Shown: piece by piece, positions 1 through 8,860 of the stretch
Layout: every line of letters starts with the position of its first letter
Position numbering within the stretch: position 1 is the first letter of the stretch
Position numbers and translations under genes: made by a program
The notes under the pieces: generated by a model
The model's input: the letters and a program-made list of their open reading frames with translations, nothing else
Database searches by the model: none
What the model was told of the DNA's origin: nothing
IMG/VR virus record: IMGVR_UViG_3300000101_000017
Coordinates: 1 to 60,047 of that record
DNA length: 60,047 nt
Reading direction: 5' to 3' (one strand)
Source of the DNA: a virus
Taxonomy: Duplodnaviria > Caudoviricetes

Positions 1-1
1 T

Positions 2-1234
2 ATATATGTTACAGATACCAAAAAAGTTTGGGTAGGCGATGGGTCTACAGTAGGTGGGGTTGAGTTTGCACTTAGTAGCAACTTACAAAACGTTGTTGAA
101 GATGTATCACCACAACTAGGTGGTAACTTAGATTTAAACAGTAACAATATTGTTGGTGTAGGTAATATTAATGTTACCGGCACAATCACAGCGTCTGGAA
201 ACATTAACTTAGGTGATGGTTCAGGTAGTGATCAAATTAGTGTAGGCGGTGAACTTACAGGTGGACTAGTTCCAAGTGCTAACGGAGCATATGATATTGG
301 TACAACTGCTTTACGTTGGAATACACTAAACGCAAATAGTGCAAATATTTCAGGACAGATAGATGCTGGCGCTATTAATGCAAACGTAGTTGCAGATGAC
401 TCGAGCATTATGGTAAATGTTAGTAATAATATATTCACAGGAGCATTTGCAGGTAACGTAACAGGTAGTGTTTTAGGTAACGTAACTGGATATCATACAG
501 GTGATGTTACAGGTAGTGTCTTTGCAGACAATAGTACTTTACTAGTAGATGCAGTTGCAGGAAATATTCCAAGTGCTAATATTAGTGGCACACTAACAAA
601 TAATTTAACTGGTGATGCTACTGGTAATCATTCAGGTACATTTACAGGTGAAGTAATTGGTAGCGTATTTTCAGATGATTCATCTGTTTTAGTAGATGCT
701 GTTGCAGGTAAAATTGTAGGTGCTTATGAAAACGGTGTTAGTGTTATTAGCAGTGCTAATATTACATCAGCAACTTTAAATGCTATAGGGTCTGATACGA
801 ACGGTACTGTTATAATACAAAACAATAGTAGTTCTGCACTTGCTGATCAAGCTAACTTAGGTAGAATATTATATAGAGAAAATGAAAATACACCATACTG
901 GACAGTTGGTGTTACAAAAGATTATTACACTATGTTTCCTAATCCAACTGGAACTGCTGATTACACAAAATTTGCACAAGTTTGGAAAAACGGTAAATTC
1001 CAAATAGGTGGCGAAGCTGGTGGAAGTGGATTTGTTGGTTGGGAAAGAGAACCAGCGGCAACACTAGAAGTAACAGGTAATGTTAAAGTTAATGGTGCGT
1101 TTGAACTGCTTTTAGGTAACATGACAACTACACAACGTGATGCACTAACAGCCGCAAACGGTATGATTGTGTACAACACAACTGATAATAAGTTCCAAGG
1201 CTACGAAAACGGCTCTTGGGCCAACTTAATCTAA
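2..1234 (+). CDS. Tail fibre-like structural protein, 5'-truncated by the window edge (Mtd N-terminal-like domain, GNVTG repeats)
   Basis: Frame of ORF 410..1234 stays open back to nt 2: IYVTDTKKVWVGDGSTVGG (Mtd_N/hyaluronidase-N-like motif), EDVSPQLGGNLDLN, YDIGTTALRW, repeated GNVTG and 'VF(A/S)D(N/D)S(T/S)xLVDAVAG', C-terminal 'TTTQRDALTAANGMIVYNTTDNKFQGY..GSW'. Confidence 0.8.
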   Translation: MYVTDTKKVWVGDGSTVGGVEFALSSNLQNVVEDVSPQLGGNLDLNSNNIVGVGNINVTGTITASGNINLGDGSGSDQISVGGELTGGLVPSANGAYDIGTTALRWNTLNANSANISGQIDAGAINANVVADDSSIMVNVSNNIFTGAFAGNVTGSVLGNVTGYHTGDVTGSVFADNSTLLVDAVAGNIPSANISGTLTNNLTGDATGNHSGTFTGEVIGSVFSDDSSVLVDAVAGKIVGAYENGVSVISSANITSATLNAIGSDTNGTVIIQNNSSSALADQANLGRILYRENENTPYWTVGVTKDYYTMFPNPTGTADYTKFAQVWKNGKFQIGGEAGGSGFVGWEREPAATLEVTGNVKVNGAFELLLGNMTTTQRDALTAANGMIVYNTTDNKFQGYENGSWANLI

Positions 1235-1251
1235 ATCTTAGATAAATTCCA

Positions 1252-1259
1252 ATAAATAC
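1252..1259 (+). promoter_or_regulatory. Putative late promoter ATAAATAC upstream of the desaturase
   Basis: ATAAATAC followed by AGGAG RBS and ATG at 1276; the same motif precedes several structural genes. Confidence 0.55.
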
Positions 1260-1275
1260 ATTTGTAGGAGTACAA

Positions 1276-1911
1276 ATGGAAATTTTAATAGCAATTCTAA
1301 TTGGTATATTATGGAGCCAAGTGATCAGTCATTGGGGCGCAAGTATATTATTACACAGATACTATTGTCATAAACAATTTAATATACCGGTATGGTTTGA
1401 GACTATTGGATTGGCAATGCTAATGATAGCATGTATTCGTACACCTATTGGTTGGATTGCAAGTCACAGAATGCATCATGCACACAGTGATACTGAACAT
1501 GATCCACATGCGGCCAAGCATGTAGGCTACTGGAAAGTGCTTCTAACTACGTGGGACATTCCTAAGATACCAATGAAGTATGCTAGAGACTTATATGATA
1601 ATCCAAGATTAGTATTTTGTCATAAGCATTGGTTAAAAATATTAGTAATAGTAAATGTAGTGAGCTTTTTAATTAGTCCTTTGTTTTGGACTGCATTTTG
1701 TGCAGTACCATTTGTATTTGCTAAAATAGGATTTGGACTACTTAATACAGTAGGACACAAAGTTGAAGGTGGAGCAGATGTTCCTTGGCTTAACTTTTTT
1801 ATTGCAGGTGAAGGCTATCATAGACAACACCATAACAACTTCCGTAAAGTAAGATTGCACAAATATGATACTGCTGGATGGATTGCTGAAAAGCTATTTG
1901 TTAAAAATTAA
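1276..1911 (+). CDS. Membrane fatty acid desaturase (delta-9/DesC-like)
   Basis: Three His boxes HRYYCH, HRMHH, GEGYHRQHH; 'SDTEHDPH'; hydrophobic TM segments; AGGAG RBS. Confidence 0.88.
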   Translation: MEILIAILIGILWSQVISHWGASILLHRYYCHKQFNIPVWFETIGLAMLMIACIRTPIGWIASHRMHHAHSDTEHDPHAAKHVGYWKVLLTTWDIPKIPMKYARDLYDNPRLVFCHKHWLKILVIVNVVSFLISPLFWTAFCAVPFVFAKIGFGLLNTVGHKVEGGADVPWLNFFIAGEGYHRQHHNNFRKVRLHKYDTAGWIAEKLFVKN

Positions 1912-2454
1912 TTCTTCAATATAATTTATATCACCTGTATAGATAATACCTTGTATATTATCTTTCCATAGTATTTCGACAGGTTTATCATGCACTGTCC
2001 ACGAGTCAAATACATCGCTACGTGCTTGTTTAATACGTCTAAAGAAGCCTGTTCCTTTGTCTCTACTCCAAAAGAATAACTTAAATTTGTCTTTTAGTTC
2101 GTTTAACATATACATGTCTGTATCAAAGTTATCTATTTTTGCATACAAATTGTCAGTATGTTTTGTACGATAATCATTAAACAAATAGTATCTACTAAAC
2201 AGTCTACAACAGTTTTTGCTCATATTTTGAGCTCCGCTTGCCATTACAGGACGGTTTACTTTGTTATCCCAAACAACACAGTACATTGCCATAGTTTCTA
2301 GTTTAAGCCATTTATCATAATTTTCTGCAAGCCTATCAGACTTACTTTCTTCTTTCATATATTTTATAGATTGTCTAGCATTAATAAAATCTAAACTAGG
2401 TAGATTTTTGTTCTCTTGCCCATCGATAATATACGGAATAATTTTTAAGTCCAT
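1894..2454 (-). CDS. Putative GNAT-fold acyltransferase
   Basis: 'MYCVVWD..PVMASGA..CRLFSRYYLFNDYR' resembles the GNAT beta-strand/motif A region; divergent. Confidence 0.4.
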   Translation of the reverse strand: MDLKIIPYIIDGQENKNLPSLDFINARQSIKYMKEESKSDRLAENYDKWLKLETMAMYCVVWDNKVNRPVMASGAQNMSKNCCRLFSRYYLFNDYRTKHTDNLYAKIDNFDTDMYMLNELKDKFKLFFWSRDKGTGFFRRIKQARSDVFDSWTVHDKPVEILWKDNIQGIIYTGDINYIEELIFNK

Positions 2455-3728
2455 ATGTGTGCTATCTTTCGTCTACCTGAAAATACATTTGCTTCTACTA
2501 CCCAATCTTTGTAATTGTAAGCGTCAGCATACATATGAAGGTCTTGTTCTATTGTATTCAGTTGCATATTAGGTAACCATTTATCAGTATCTTGTATCAA
2601 ACAAGGTTCTTGTATAATTGCATGACTAGCATTATATTCTTTAAATGTAACATTATTAAATAGTGTCATATGATTTTGGGGATCATATAAAAGAACTCCG
2701 CTCCATATTACACAGTCAACATCAAAGTCTACAGGATTTGAATCGTACATACTTGCACATCTGTATTCTATATTATTGTAACCTGCCCATATTTCTTTTG
2801 CATATTTTATAGGTTGCGGACTTGTGTCGTACCCCATATAGTTATAGTCTGTGTAGCCACGTTCTTGTAAGATATTATTTACTATACCTATTCTACAGCC
2901 TACGTCAACAATACCTTTAATATTATTGTCAATAATGATATCTGCTTGTTTTTCAAAAATACAACGTGCCTCTGGAGTATCTAAATAGTCCATGCTACGT
3001 AATTTGTAATCTTCTTTTAGTGGAACTTCGACTATATCTTTTGCATTATTATCAATACGAGGCCAAGGCATTCCGTTTACTCTGTATATAGGCTTCATTT
3101 CATAGCGCCAGGCTATATCCCATTCATTATACGATTTAAGCCACGTTAGACTGCTATATTCTTCGTTACAGCGTGTCTTTGTACTACTTGGCACATAAGT
3201 ACCCAGAAAACTCTCAACCGCACTGTAGACGCTTTTAACAGCGTTAATACCACCCGGAATAACCGTTTTCCAAGAATCATTGATTAAATGGCATTCTTTT
3301 ACCTTTGATCCTAATTTTTCTAAGAGTTGTGTAGTCATATCAAAGTGTCTGCCGCCGTTTGGAGCATACTTAGTTGGAGTAAATGTAACTACAAATATAG
3401 GCTTATCTGTAATAGCATAGTCTGTACCTAGATTTGCATTGAACTTTGCTTTAACTACTAACCAATCCATTGCATTTTTAAAACCGGCACAATAATGACT
3501 AGTTGCTTCACTTATAGCAAATATCAATACATCTGCATCATTTAACTTTTTAACAAACTGTTCTACACTATTAGGTACATTTCCATCGCTTTTATTACTA
3601 TTACAAATAGGCATATTAAAATCTAACATACCAAAGACTTCCATATCTAATTTCTCTTGTAATAATTTTAAGCCACGTGTCTGTAAACTATTGTCTGCAT
3701 AACTAAAACTTATTCCTACTACTTTCAT
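2445..3728 (-). CDS. Fusion: NADPH-dependent FMN reductase (flavodoxin-like) + class I SAM-dependent methyltransferase
   Basis: N-half 'KVVGISFS..S', 'DADVLIFAISEATSHYCAGFKNAMDWL' (FMN_red); C-half 'IVDVGCRIG', 'YMGYDTS..PIKYAK', 'DCVIWSGVLLY'. Confidence 0.75.
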   Translation of the reverse strand: MKVVGISFSYADNSLQTRGLKLLQEKLDMEVFGMLDFNMPICNSNKSDGNVPNSVEQFVKKLNDADVLIFAISEATSHYCAGFKNAMDWLVVKAKFNANLGTDYAITDKPIFVVTFTPTKYAPNGGRHFDMTTQLLEKLGSKVKECHLINDSWKTVIPGGINAVKSVYSAVESFLGTYVPSSTKTRCNEEYSSLTWLKSYNEWDIAWRYEMKPIYRVNGMPWPRIDNNAKDIVEVPLKEDYKLRSMDYLDTPEARCIFEKQADIIIDNNIKGIVDVGCRIGIVNNILQERGYTDYNYMGYDTSPQPIKYAKEIWAGYNNIEYRCASMYDSNPVDFDVDCVIWSGVLLYDPQNHMTLFNNVTFKEYNASHAIIQEPCLIQDTDKWLPNMQLNTIEQDLHMYADAYNYKDWVVEANVFSGRRKIAHIWT

Positions 3729-3853
3729 ACTATATAACTCTCTAAATCTGGAGCCGATATTCCTTGTTTGTTTAATTGAAGCTTCCTAGCCCAAACACTA
3801 ACAGTATCTAAATTATAGTTTAGATCAAGTGCTTTACCCCATTTCAGTTGCAT
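3725..3853 (-). CDS. Small 42-aa ORF below the ORF-track cutoff (MQLKWGKALDLNYNLDTVSVWARKLQLNKQGISAPDLESYIV)
   Basis: ATG at 3853 overlaps the end of the upstream TauD gene; its TGA overlaps the next gene's ATG (ATGA at 3725-3728); it fills the intergenic gap exactly. Confidence 0.55.
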   Translation of the reverse strand: MQLKWGKALDLNYNLDTVSVWARKLQLNKQGISAPDLESYIV

Positions 3854-4644
3854 ACTCTTTTGTAGTCGCAAGCTACTCTCCATAACAGCCTATCGCCCAT
3901 AACAGGGGTGCGTCTATGTAAAGTAGTAAACTGATCCATCAATAACAAATCGCCTTCTTGAAAAACATGATGTGTCTGATAACAGCTTTTAAATATAATA
4001 GGCTTTAGTCGTTCAATAATTTCTTTATGGTCTACTTGTTTTTTTCCTTCCCATGCTTTTATAATAAAGTGGTAAGGAAAGTAGAAATAGTCTTTGCCTG
4101 TATGCGGATGCTGTCCTACTAACGATCTAATACTACCTTTGTTCTTGCTCATAAATTCAAGCTCAGGATCATCTTCATCTAAATGGTACATTGTATCGTT
4201 TTGAAACTTTAATCTGATTGTAATACTACGCCAATAGTCTTGTTCGTCTTTAGACAAATCGTAAAAAGGATCACTTGTATTACAAATGCTTAATGTAGTA
4301 TTAGGATCACCTTTAATACAATATAATGCAATAAGTATTTTATCTATAAGGTGCCTACTATTTCCGTTTGAGTGCCAACCAAGTTCGCCTCCGCCAAACA
4401 TTCCTAGTTTATTCCCTTGCTCGTCCTTGCGATCAGAAACTAAAAATAGTTCCGGATGTTCCTTAGGATTCATAAACAATCCTGGTGCTTCACATTCACC
4501 TATACGTTTGAAAAATTCTACAATTTGTGCTTCAGTAAACTGTTGTTCGTGATGTATTGAAAGACCTTGTGTTTGTATTTTGTTTACAAGATCTCTTAGT
4601 TGTTCATCATTATAATCATAAACTTGAAATATCATCTGTACCAT
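3844..4644 (-). CDS. TauD/TfdA-family Fe(II)/2OG dioxygenase (HxN variant)
   Basis: 'GELGWHSNG', 'LIALYC', 'LVGQHPHTGK', 'HVFQEGDLLLMDQFTTLHRR', 'RLLWR'. Start may be the Met at 4635. Confidence 0.85.
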   Translation of the reverse strand: MVQMIFQVYDYNDEQLRDLVNKIQTQGLSIHHEQQFTEAQIVEFFKRIGECEAPGLFMNPKEHPELFLVSDRKDEQGNKLGMFGGGELGWHSNGNSRHLIDKILIALYCIKGDPNTTLSICNTSDPFYDLSKDEQDYWRSITIRLKFQNDTMYHLDEDDPELEFMSKNKGSIRSLVGQHPHTGKDYFYFPYHFIIKAWEGKKQVDHKEIIERLKPIIFKSCYQTHHVFQEGDLLLMDQFTTLHRRTPVMGDRLLWRVACDYKRVCN

Positions 4645-5227
4645 CCAAACTAAACATTAATGCAATTCTAGGTTTGTCACTCATATTAACAACTGCATGG
4701 GCATATCCTATATTAAGGAAATTTGCTGTTCCATCTGTTAAATTATATGCTTCTAACTTACCATCTCTTTTAAATAAGTTCACTACATTACTACCACCAT
4801 ACACAGGTACAATACATCTTACAGCATATGAAACATCATAATCAACGTGAAACGGTATTGTTTTTCCTGGTGCTAGTTTTGTAATTCTAATCCGACTTGC
4901 TGGTGATTTTAATTGTGTAACTATTTCCTCAAAGTAACTGCCAAGATAGTCTTCTGTAGGAACATTATAAAGGTGCTCTTCTCGGCGTCTTAGACGCTCC
5001 TTAATGCTGGCTGTATGCGGTAATACTTCACTAGGCGTAGTTAGGTTTATCTGTTCAAAGTTATCGTATACATCCTTAACTAAGTCTTCGTGGTTCATAC
5101 ACAGCCCAGGGTTTGCTGTACGTACATCAACAAATTTTCCTGCAAGTGTATCTGTAGCCTGTCTTAATTTTTGCAGATCTATATTCAACCCCAAATTAGC
5201 AATAGTTGGTAAGTTTTTCTTATTCAT
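4616..5227 (-). CDS. Aspartyl/asparaginyl beta-hydroxylase-like Fe(II)/2OG oxygenase
   Basis: 'RIRITKLAPGKTIPFHVD', 'HAVVNMSDKPRIALMFS'; AGGAG RBS. Confidence 0.8.
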   Translation of the reverse strand: MNKKNLPTIANLGLNIDLQKLRQATDTLAGKFVDVRTANPGLCMNHEDLVKDVYDNFEQINLTTPSEVLPHTASIKERLRRREEHLYNVPTEDYLGSYFEEIVTQLKSPASRIRITKLAPGKTIPFHVDYDVSYAVRCIVPVYGGSNVVNLFKRDGKLEAYNLTDGTANFLNIGYAHAVVNMSDKPRIALMFSLDGTDDISSL

Positions 5228-5269
5228 AATATCTCCTACAACACATAATCAATTAGCATAATATCTCCT
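5225..5269. repeat. 13-bp direct repeat CATAATATCTCCT (AGGAGATATTATG on minus strand)
   Basis: Identical copies at 5225-5237 and 5257-5269. Confidence 0.8.
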
Positions 5270-5351
5270 GGCTTCCAAATATGCTTATATGTATACTTAT
5301 CGGAGCATACCCAATCGTTCCATATAGTCTGATAAAATTATTGTGTCTCAT
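5236..5351 (-). pseudogene. Deleted/frameshifted remnant of a third TauD-like gene
   Basis: 5337->5236 translates FYQTIWNDWVCSDKYTYKHIWKPGDIMLIDYVL*, matching the TauD 'Y.H.W..GD.L..D' motif of both neighbours; a coupled ATG at 5351 is in a different frame. Confidence 0.65.
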
Positions 5352-6214
5352 TGAAAAATTACTGGCGTATAATTAGAAACTGCTTTTGAATAATCAAAAG
5401 CTGTTCGCCATAATTGCCTTTCTTTGTTTTTAATTGCTGATCGTCTATGACTAGTTGTCAACTGATCCATAAAAAGTAAATCACCTTTTCTAAAAACATG
5501 GTGGAACATATACTTAGAACGTGTAATTACTTTATATAAATTATCTTTGAATTCGTTAAAGTTCTCTATTTCTTTGCCATCTTTGTAATATGCTTTATAC
5601 AAATATATAAACATAGGATAAAAATATTCTCTACCACTTACAGGATGTAGTGCAACTAAAGGACGTCTATCTATTGTTTCATTATAGTGTTCTTGTCCTG
5701 TTCTAAATTTTTCTTCACCAGCTGTTTGATATGCTTTACTATAAACACCGTCATCTCTCCAAATTGGTTCTGCAACTCCTTTTGAATTATTTAGGTTAAT
5801 ATCTATACCACGGTAGTATTCTTTTTCTTGTTCTGACAATTCTTCAAATGCGTTGCATTGGTCAACTATAGATAAAACTGTATCAATACATTCTGTTTCA
5901 CAATATAATCCTACACATATTTCGTCAAAGTTATAACGCCCTGTGCCGTTAGCATGCCATTCTAATTCTGTAGGGCCAAACATACCTATTGCTTTTCCGT
6001 CTACTATTGCTCCGGATACAATACTAATTTGAGGACTGTCTTCGGGATTCATAAAATAATCTAATTCTTCTACTTTTCCCATTCTAGCACAGGCTTGGGC
6101 TAGTTCTTGTCTAGTTAATTTTTGATCGTGTAATACTGCTGATCCATTATTAACAATTTTATTAACTAACTGTTGTATTTCTTCCTCAGTATAATCTAAA
6201 ATATTCTTATCCAT
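5348..6214 (-). CDS. TauD/TfdA-family Fe(II)/2OG dioxygenase (HxN variant), paralogue of 3844..4644
   Basis: 'ELEWHANG', 'RPLVALHPVSGR', 'HVFRKGDLLFMDQLTTSHRR', 'RQLWR'. Start placed at 6214 (TAATG overlap with the upstream stop) rather than 6250. Confidence 0.85.
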   Translation of the reverse strand: MDKNILDYTEEEIQQLVNKIVNNGSAVLHDQKLTRQELAQACARMGKVEELDYFMNPEDSPQISIVSGAIVDGKAIGMFGPTELEWHANGTGRYNFDEICVGLYCETECIDTVLSIVDQCNAFEELSEQEKEYYRGIDINLNNSKGVAEPIWRDDGVYSKAYQTAGEEKFRTGQEHYNETIDRRPLVALHPVSGREYFYPMFIYLYKAYYKDGKEIENFNEFKDNLYKVITRSKYMFHHVFRKGDLLFMDQLTTSHRRSAIKNKERQLWRTAFDYSKAVSNYTPVIFQ

Positions 6215-7116
6215 TAAATTGCTTCCTCTTGTATCAGGGGAGTAATACATATTCTTGCGTTATTATTCCATTTCATTCTTCGTCTTCTTGTATAGTAAGG
6301 ATCTTTAGTTGTAGCTAAGAAAAAACAATCTGACGCCACAAAATTGTATTGTTTACAAATTTTTAATTGTTGCTGTCTGTATCTATTCCACATATCATCG
6401 ACAGCAAATTTATCCATAATTAACGATAGTGTCTTAACACTATTGTAGTTCCAATTTTCAAACTCTTTTAATCTATGTAAAGTTGCATGTGGTTCTTTAG
6501 TATAAACTAATCCTAGTCGTTGTCCTACTAATCCAAAACCTTTTGAAAAACTAAAAAATACTTGTTCAGTATTTACAGGCACATTTATTCTTTGTATTTT
6601 TGTTGAGCTTACATATGTACAATCTAGTATTACTGGTGCTTGTATATTTCCTACATCAAAATAATTTCCATCAGCGGCACTAGGTACACTTACAAATAAA
6701 GGTTTGTTAGGATCAATATTTCCTTTTAGTGCTGACCGACCTGTTTGTTCATCCATGTGCTGTCCTGGTACATCACAAGTAACTTGTCCTGTTGTTCCTA
6801 TAATATCTGCATATTCGTATTCGCCGTAGCATAACTTTTGCCAAGGTCTTTTTTCCGTAAGTACCCAATGATGTATTGCATCCGTTGCTCCATTTACAAA
6901 ATAACAATGTTTAAAATCTTTAAGGTCAATTATATCTTTGACCCATTCTCTATGGAGTGCTTCTGCATGGTTTAAATCATTAGTAGCTTGTCCATTTCCT
7001 CTTTCATAATAGGTATCTGCTACTTTTAGATTAGTCAATAGATCTAACACGTCATTATGACATGGTACATCAATCCAAGGATTTTTTCGTAATTTATTTT
7101 TAATCACACTATCCAT
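6214..7116 (-). CDS. PLP-dependent fold-type I enzyme (aminotransferase class I/II-like)
   Basis: 'FVNGATDAIH', 'VILDCTY', 'FFSFSKGFGLVGQRLG' (Schiff-base Lys motif). Confidence 0.8.
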   Translation of the reverse strand: MDSVIKNKLRKNPWIDVPCHNDVLDLLTNLKVADTYYERGNGQATNDLNHAEALHREWVKDIIDLKDFKHCYFVNGATDAIHHWVLTEKRPWQKLCYGEYEYADIIGTTGQVTCDVPGQHMDEQTGRSALKGNIDPNKPLFVSVPSAADGNYFDVGNIQAPVILDCTYVSSTKIQRINVPVNTEQVFFSFSKGFGLVGQRLGLVYTKEPHATLHRLKEFENWNYNSVKTLSLIMDKFAVDDMWNRYRQQQLKICKQYNFVASDCFFLATTKDPYYTRRRRMKWNNNARICITPLIQEEAI

Positions 7117-7768
7117 TCAATATTGTCTCTATTCTGTTTTTGAATTCATGAAAATCTATTTCTTTTGGTATATTATTCCAGCGTGTTACCCAAGCACACC
7201 TTGGTGCTTCTGTAACTACTACTCTATGCATAGTGTTGGTATCTATCAGTAAAGGTTTGTCTACAATAATATGTCCAATCTTTCTATTGCTTAAAAATGT
7301 TTCAAACTCTGGGGTTCCTTGACCCATTTCTTTTTGTGCATGAAATTCATGATAATAAGCATAACCGTGTGCATTTAGTTCTGGCAAGTATACTTCATCT
7401 TCTCGAGTTTCAAAATAATCTATTCTTGACGCACCAAACACAGGTATTACTAAATTATAATAATTAGGATGTTCTGTATCTAAATCTATATCAGTATGTG
7501 CAAAAACATCTTTCTCTGTACTGTCTGCTGTGTTAAATCCTGTAGACCTAAATTGATAATTAGGGTGAACTTTTCTATGTTCTGCAAGTATAGAATCAAA
7601 CTCTTGTTCATATCCTGTTGGCTTGCCTTCGCGATCTTCAAGTGAGTAACTTCTAAATGGTGTTTTGCCAAAAGTATTTGATGGTGCGTCACTTACTTTT
7701 TTGCATAAAGCTTCAAGTAAATTTACTCTATCACTTATGTTTACGTATTCAGCAATACCTTTGATCAT
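7109..7768 (-). CDS. Putative Fe(II)/2OG-type (cupin/DSBH) oxygenase
   Basis: 'VFAHTD' ... 'NLVIPV' ... 'PLLIDTNTMHRVV..APRCAWVTRW' fits HxD...H..R. Confidence 0.6.
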   Translation of the reverse strand: MIKGIAEYVNISDRVNLLEALCKKVSDAPSNTFGKTPFRSYSLEDREGKPTGYEQEFDSILAEHRKVHPNYQFRSTGFNTADSTEKDVFAHTDIDLDTEHPNYYNLVIPVFGASRIDYFETREDEVYLPELNAHGYAYYHEFHAQKEMGQGTPEFETFLSNRKIGHIIVDKPLLIDTNTMHRVVVTEAPRCAWVTRWNNIPKEIDFHEFKNRIETILNG

Positions 7769-8172
7769 TATAAAACGCCTTCTATAAAAGGATCGTCATA
7801 AAACTTAACAAATTTTCCGTCTTGTAACAACATAGCAAAACGCTGACATCTTACTCCCATAGTATTGCCAAAGTCTTTGTCTTTGCCTATGCTTTTACTA
7901 AAAACTGCTAACGGGTCTGCAACTGCATCTATATCTTTATGTCCGTGTAGTGTGTTCCATTCGTGCATGACGCTGGGATCATTTACGCCTATAAATACAA
8001 CCTTACAATCTAGTTTGTCTAAACTATTTGCAAAACCAGGTAGATGTCTTTTTGTGCAACCTGGTGTAAACGCTCCGGGTACACCACACATAATAACTTT
8101 ACCCATAGGTATTTCATAAGGTAGATAGTCGCCTTCTTTTAGTATGTATAAGCCTTTATTGTTAATTTCCAT
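7768..8172 (-). CDS. Peroxiredoxin (Prx5/redoxin type)
   Basis: 'VPGAFTPGCTKRHLPGF', 'VNDPSVMHEW', 'GVRCQRFAML'. Confidence 0.92.
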   Translation of the reverse strand: MEINNKGLYILKEGDYLPYEIPMGKVIMCGVPGAFTPGCTKRHLPGFANSLDKLDCKVVFIGVNDPSVMHEWNTLHGHKDIDAVADPLAVFSKSIGKDKDFGNTMGVRCQRFAMLLQDGKFVKFYDDPFIEGVL

Positions 8173-8173
8173 G

Positions 8174-8860
8174 TTAATCCTTAGTTGTAAATATACTTAA
8201 TCCAATCTTACGCTCTATTCCTTTACTTTTGAAATTAGAACTACAATGTAATGCTAAACTATCAAAGCATAGTGCATCTCCAATTCGCCAATCTAGTATT
8301 TTATTAATACTCAATCCGTTAAGCCAATTAGACTGTAAGTGAGTTAGATAGCTAAGTTCAATATCATTTAATCCTGCTATTGACTGTTCTTCTACATCGT
8401 TATAGTTAGTTAAGAACTTATTATAATGTACAGGATAATCTGTCATATCACTGCCGTTAACAAACTTTACAGGGCCACCATAGTAATATTGATCAAAAAT
8501 AATTAACTTTACATCGTCACTATCTCCGTATATACGCAAAGGAATTGTAAATGCTTTATAACAATTAGGATAATCAAATTCGTCGTCATTGTGTATAATA
8601 TGTGGGTCTGTAACATCAAAGTAATGTATGTATCTAATATCAAACTCGCCCACTTGTTGCTTTAAAGAAGTAATTAAAGGTTCAAATACTTTTTCATTAG
8701 GATCTACTTTTAGTACTTTGGGTCCTGTATTTTTCTGTATTGCTTGTTCTTCATTAATTACATAGTATTTGTATAGACTATTAACGTCTACTATATCTCT
8801 TATTGAATAAGGATCGCTTTGTCCTTGTTTTATTTTTTGTATTTGTTCTAGTGTACGCAT
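8174..8860 (-). CDS. Putative Fe(II)/2OG-type oxygenase (PhyH-like)
   Basis: 'HIIHNDD', 'AFTIPL', 'WRIGDALCFDSLALHCSSNF..RKIGLSIFT'. Start placed at Met 8860 (TAATG overlap) rather than 8905. Confidence 0.65.
   Translation of the reverse strand: MRTLEQIQKIKQGQSDPYSIRDIVDVNSLYKYYVINEEQAIQKNTGPKVLKVDPNEKVFEPLITSLKQQVGEFDIRYIHYFDVTDPHIIHNDDEFDYPNCYKAFTIPLRIYGDSDDVKLIIFDQYYYGGPVKFVNGSDMTDYPVHYNKFLTNYNDVEEQSIAGLNDIELSYLTHLQSNWLNGLSINKILDWRIGDALCFDSLALHCSSNFKSKGIERKIGLSIFTTKD

Noticed and set aside
2-1234. Diversity-generating retroelement target suggested by the Mtd-N-like motif
   Set aside because: No reverse transcriptase, no TR/VR repeat pair and no C-type lectin variable region visible.
5253-5351. 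32-aa ORF MRHNNFIRLYGTIGYAPISIHISIFGSQEILC as a RiPP precursor
   Set aside because: The alternative frame of the same DNA matches TauD, so it is better explained as a frameshifted remnant.
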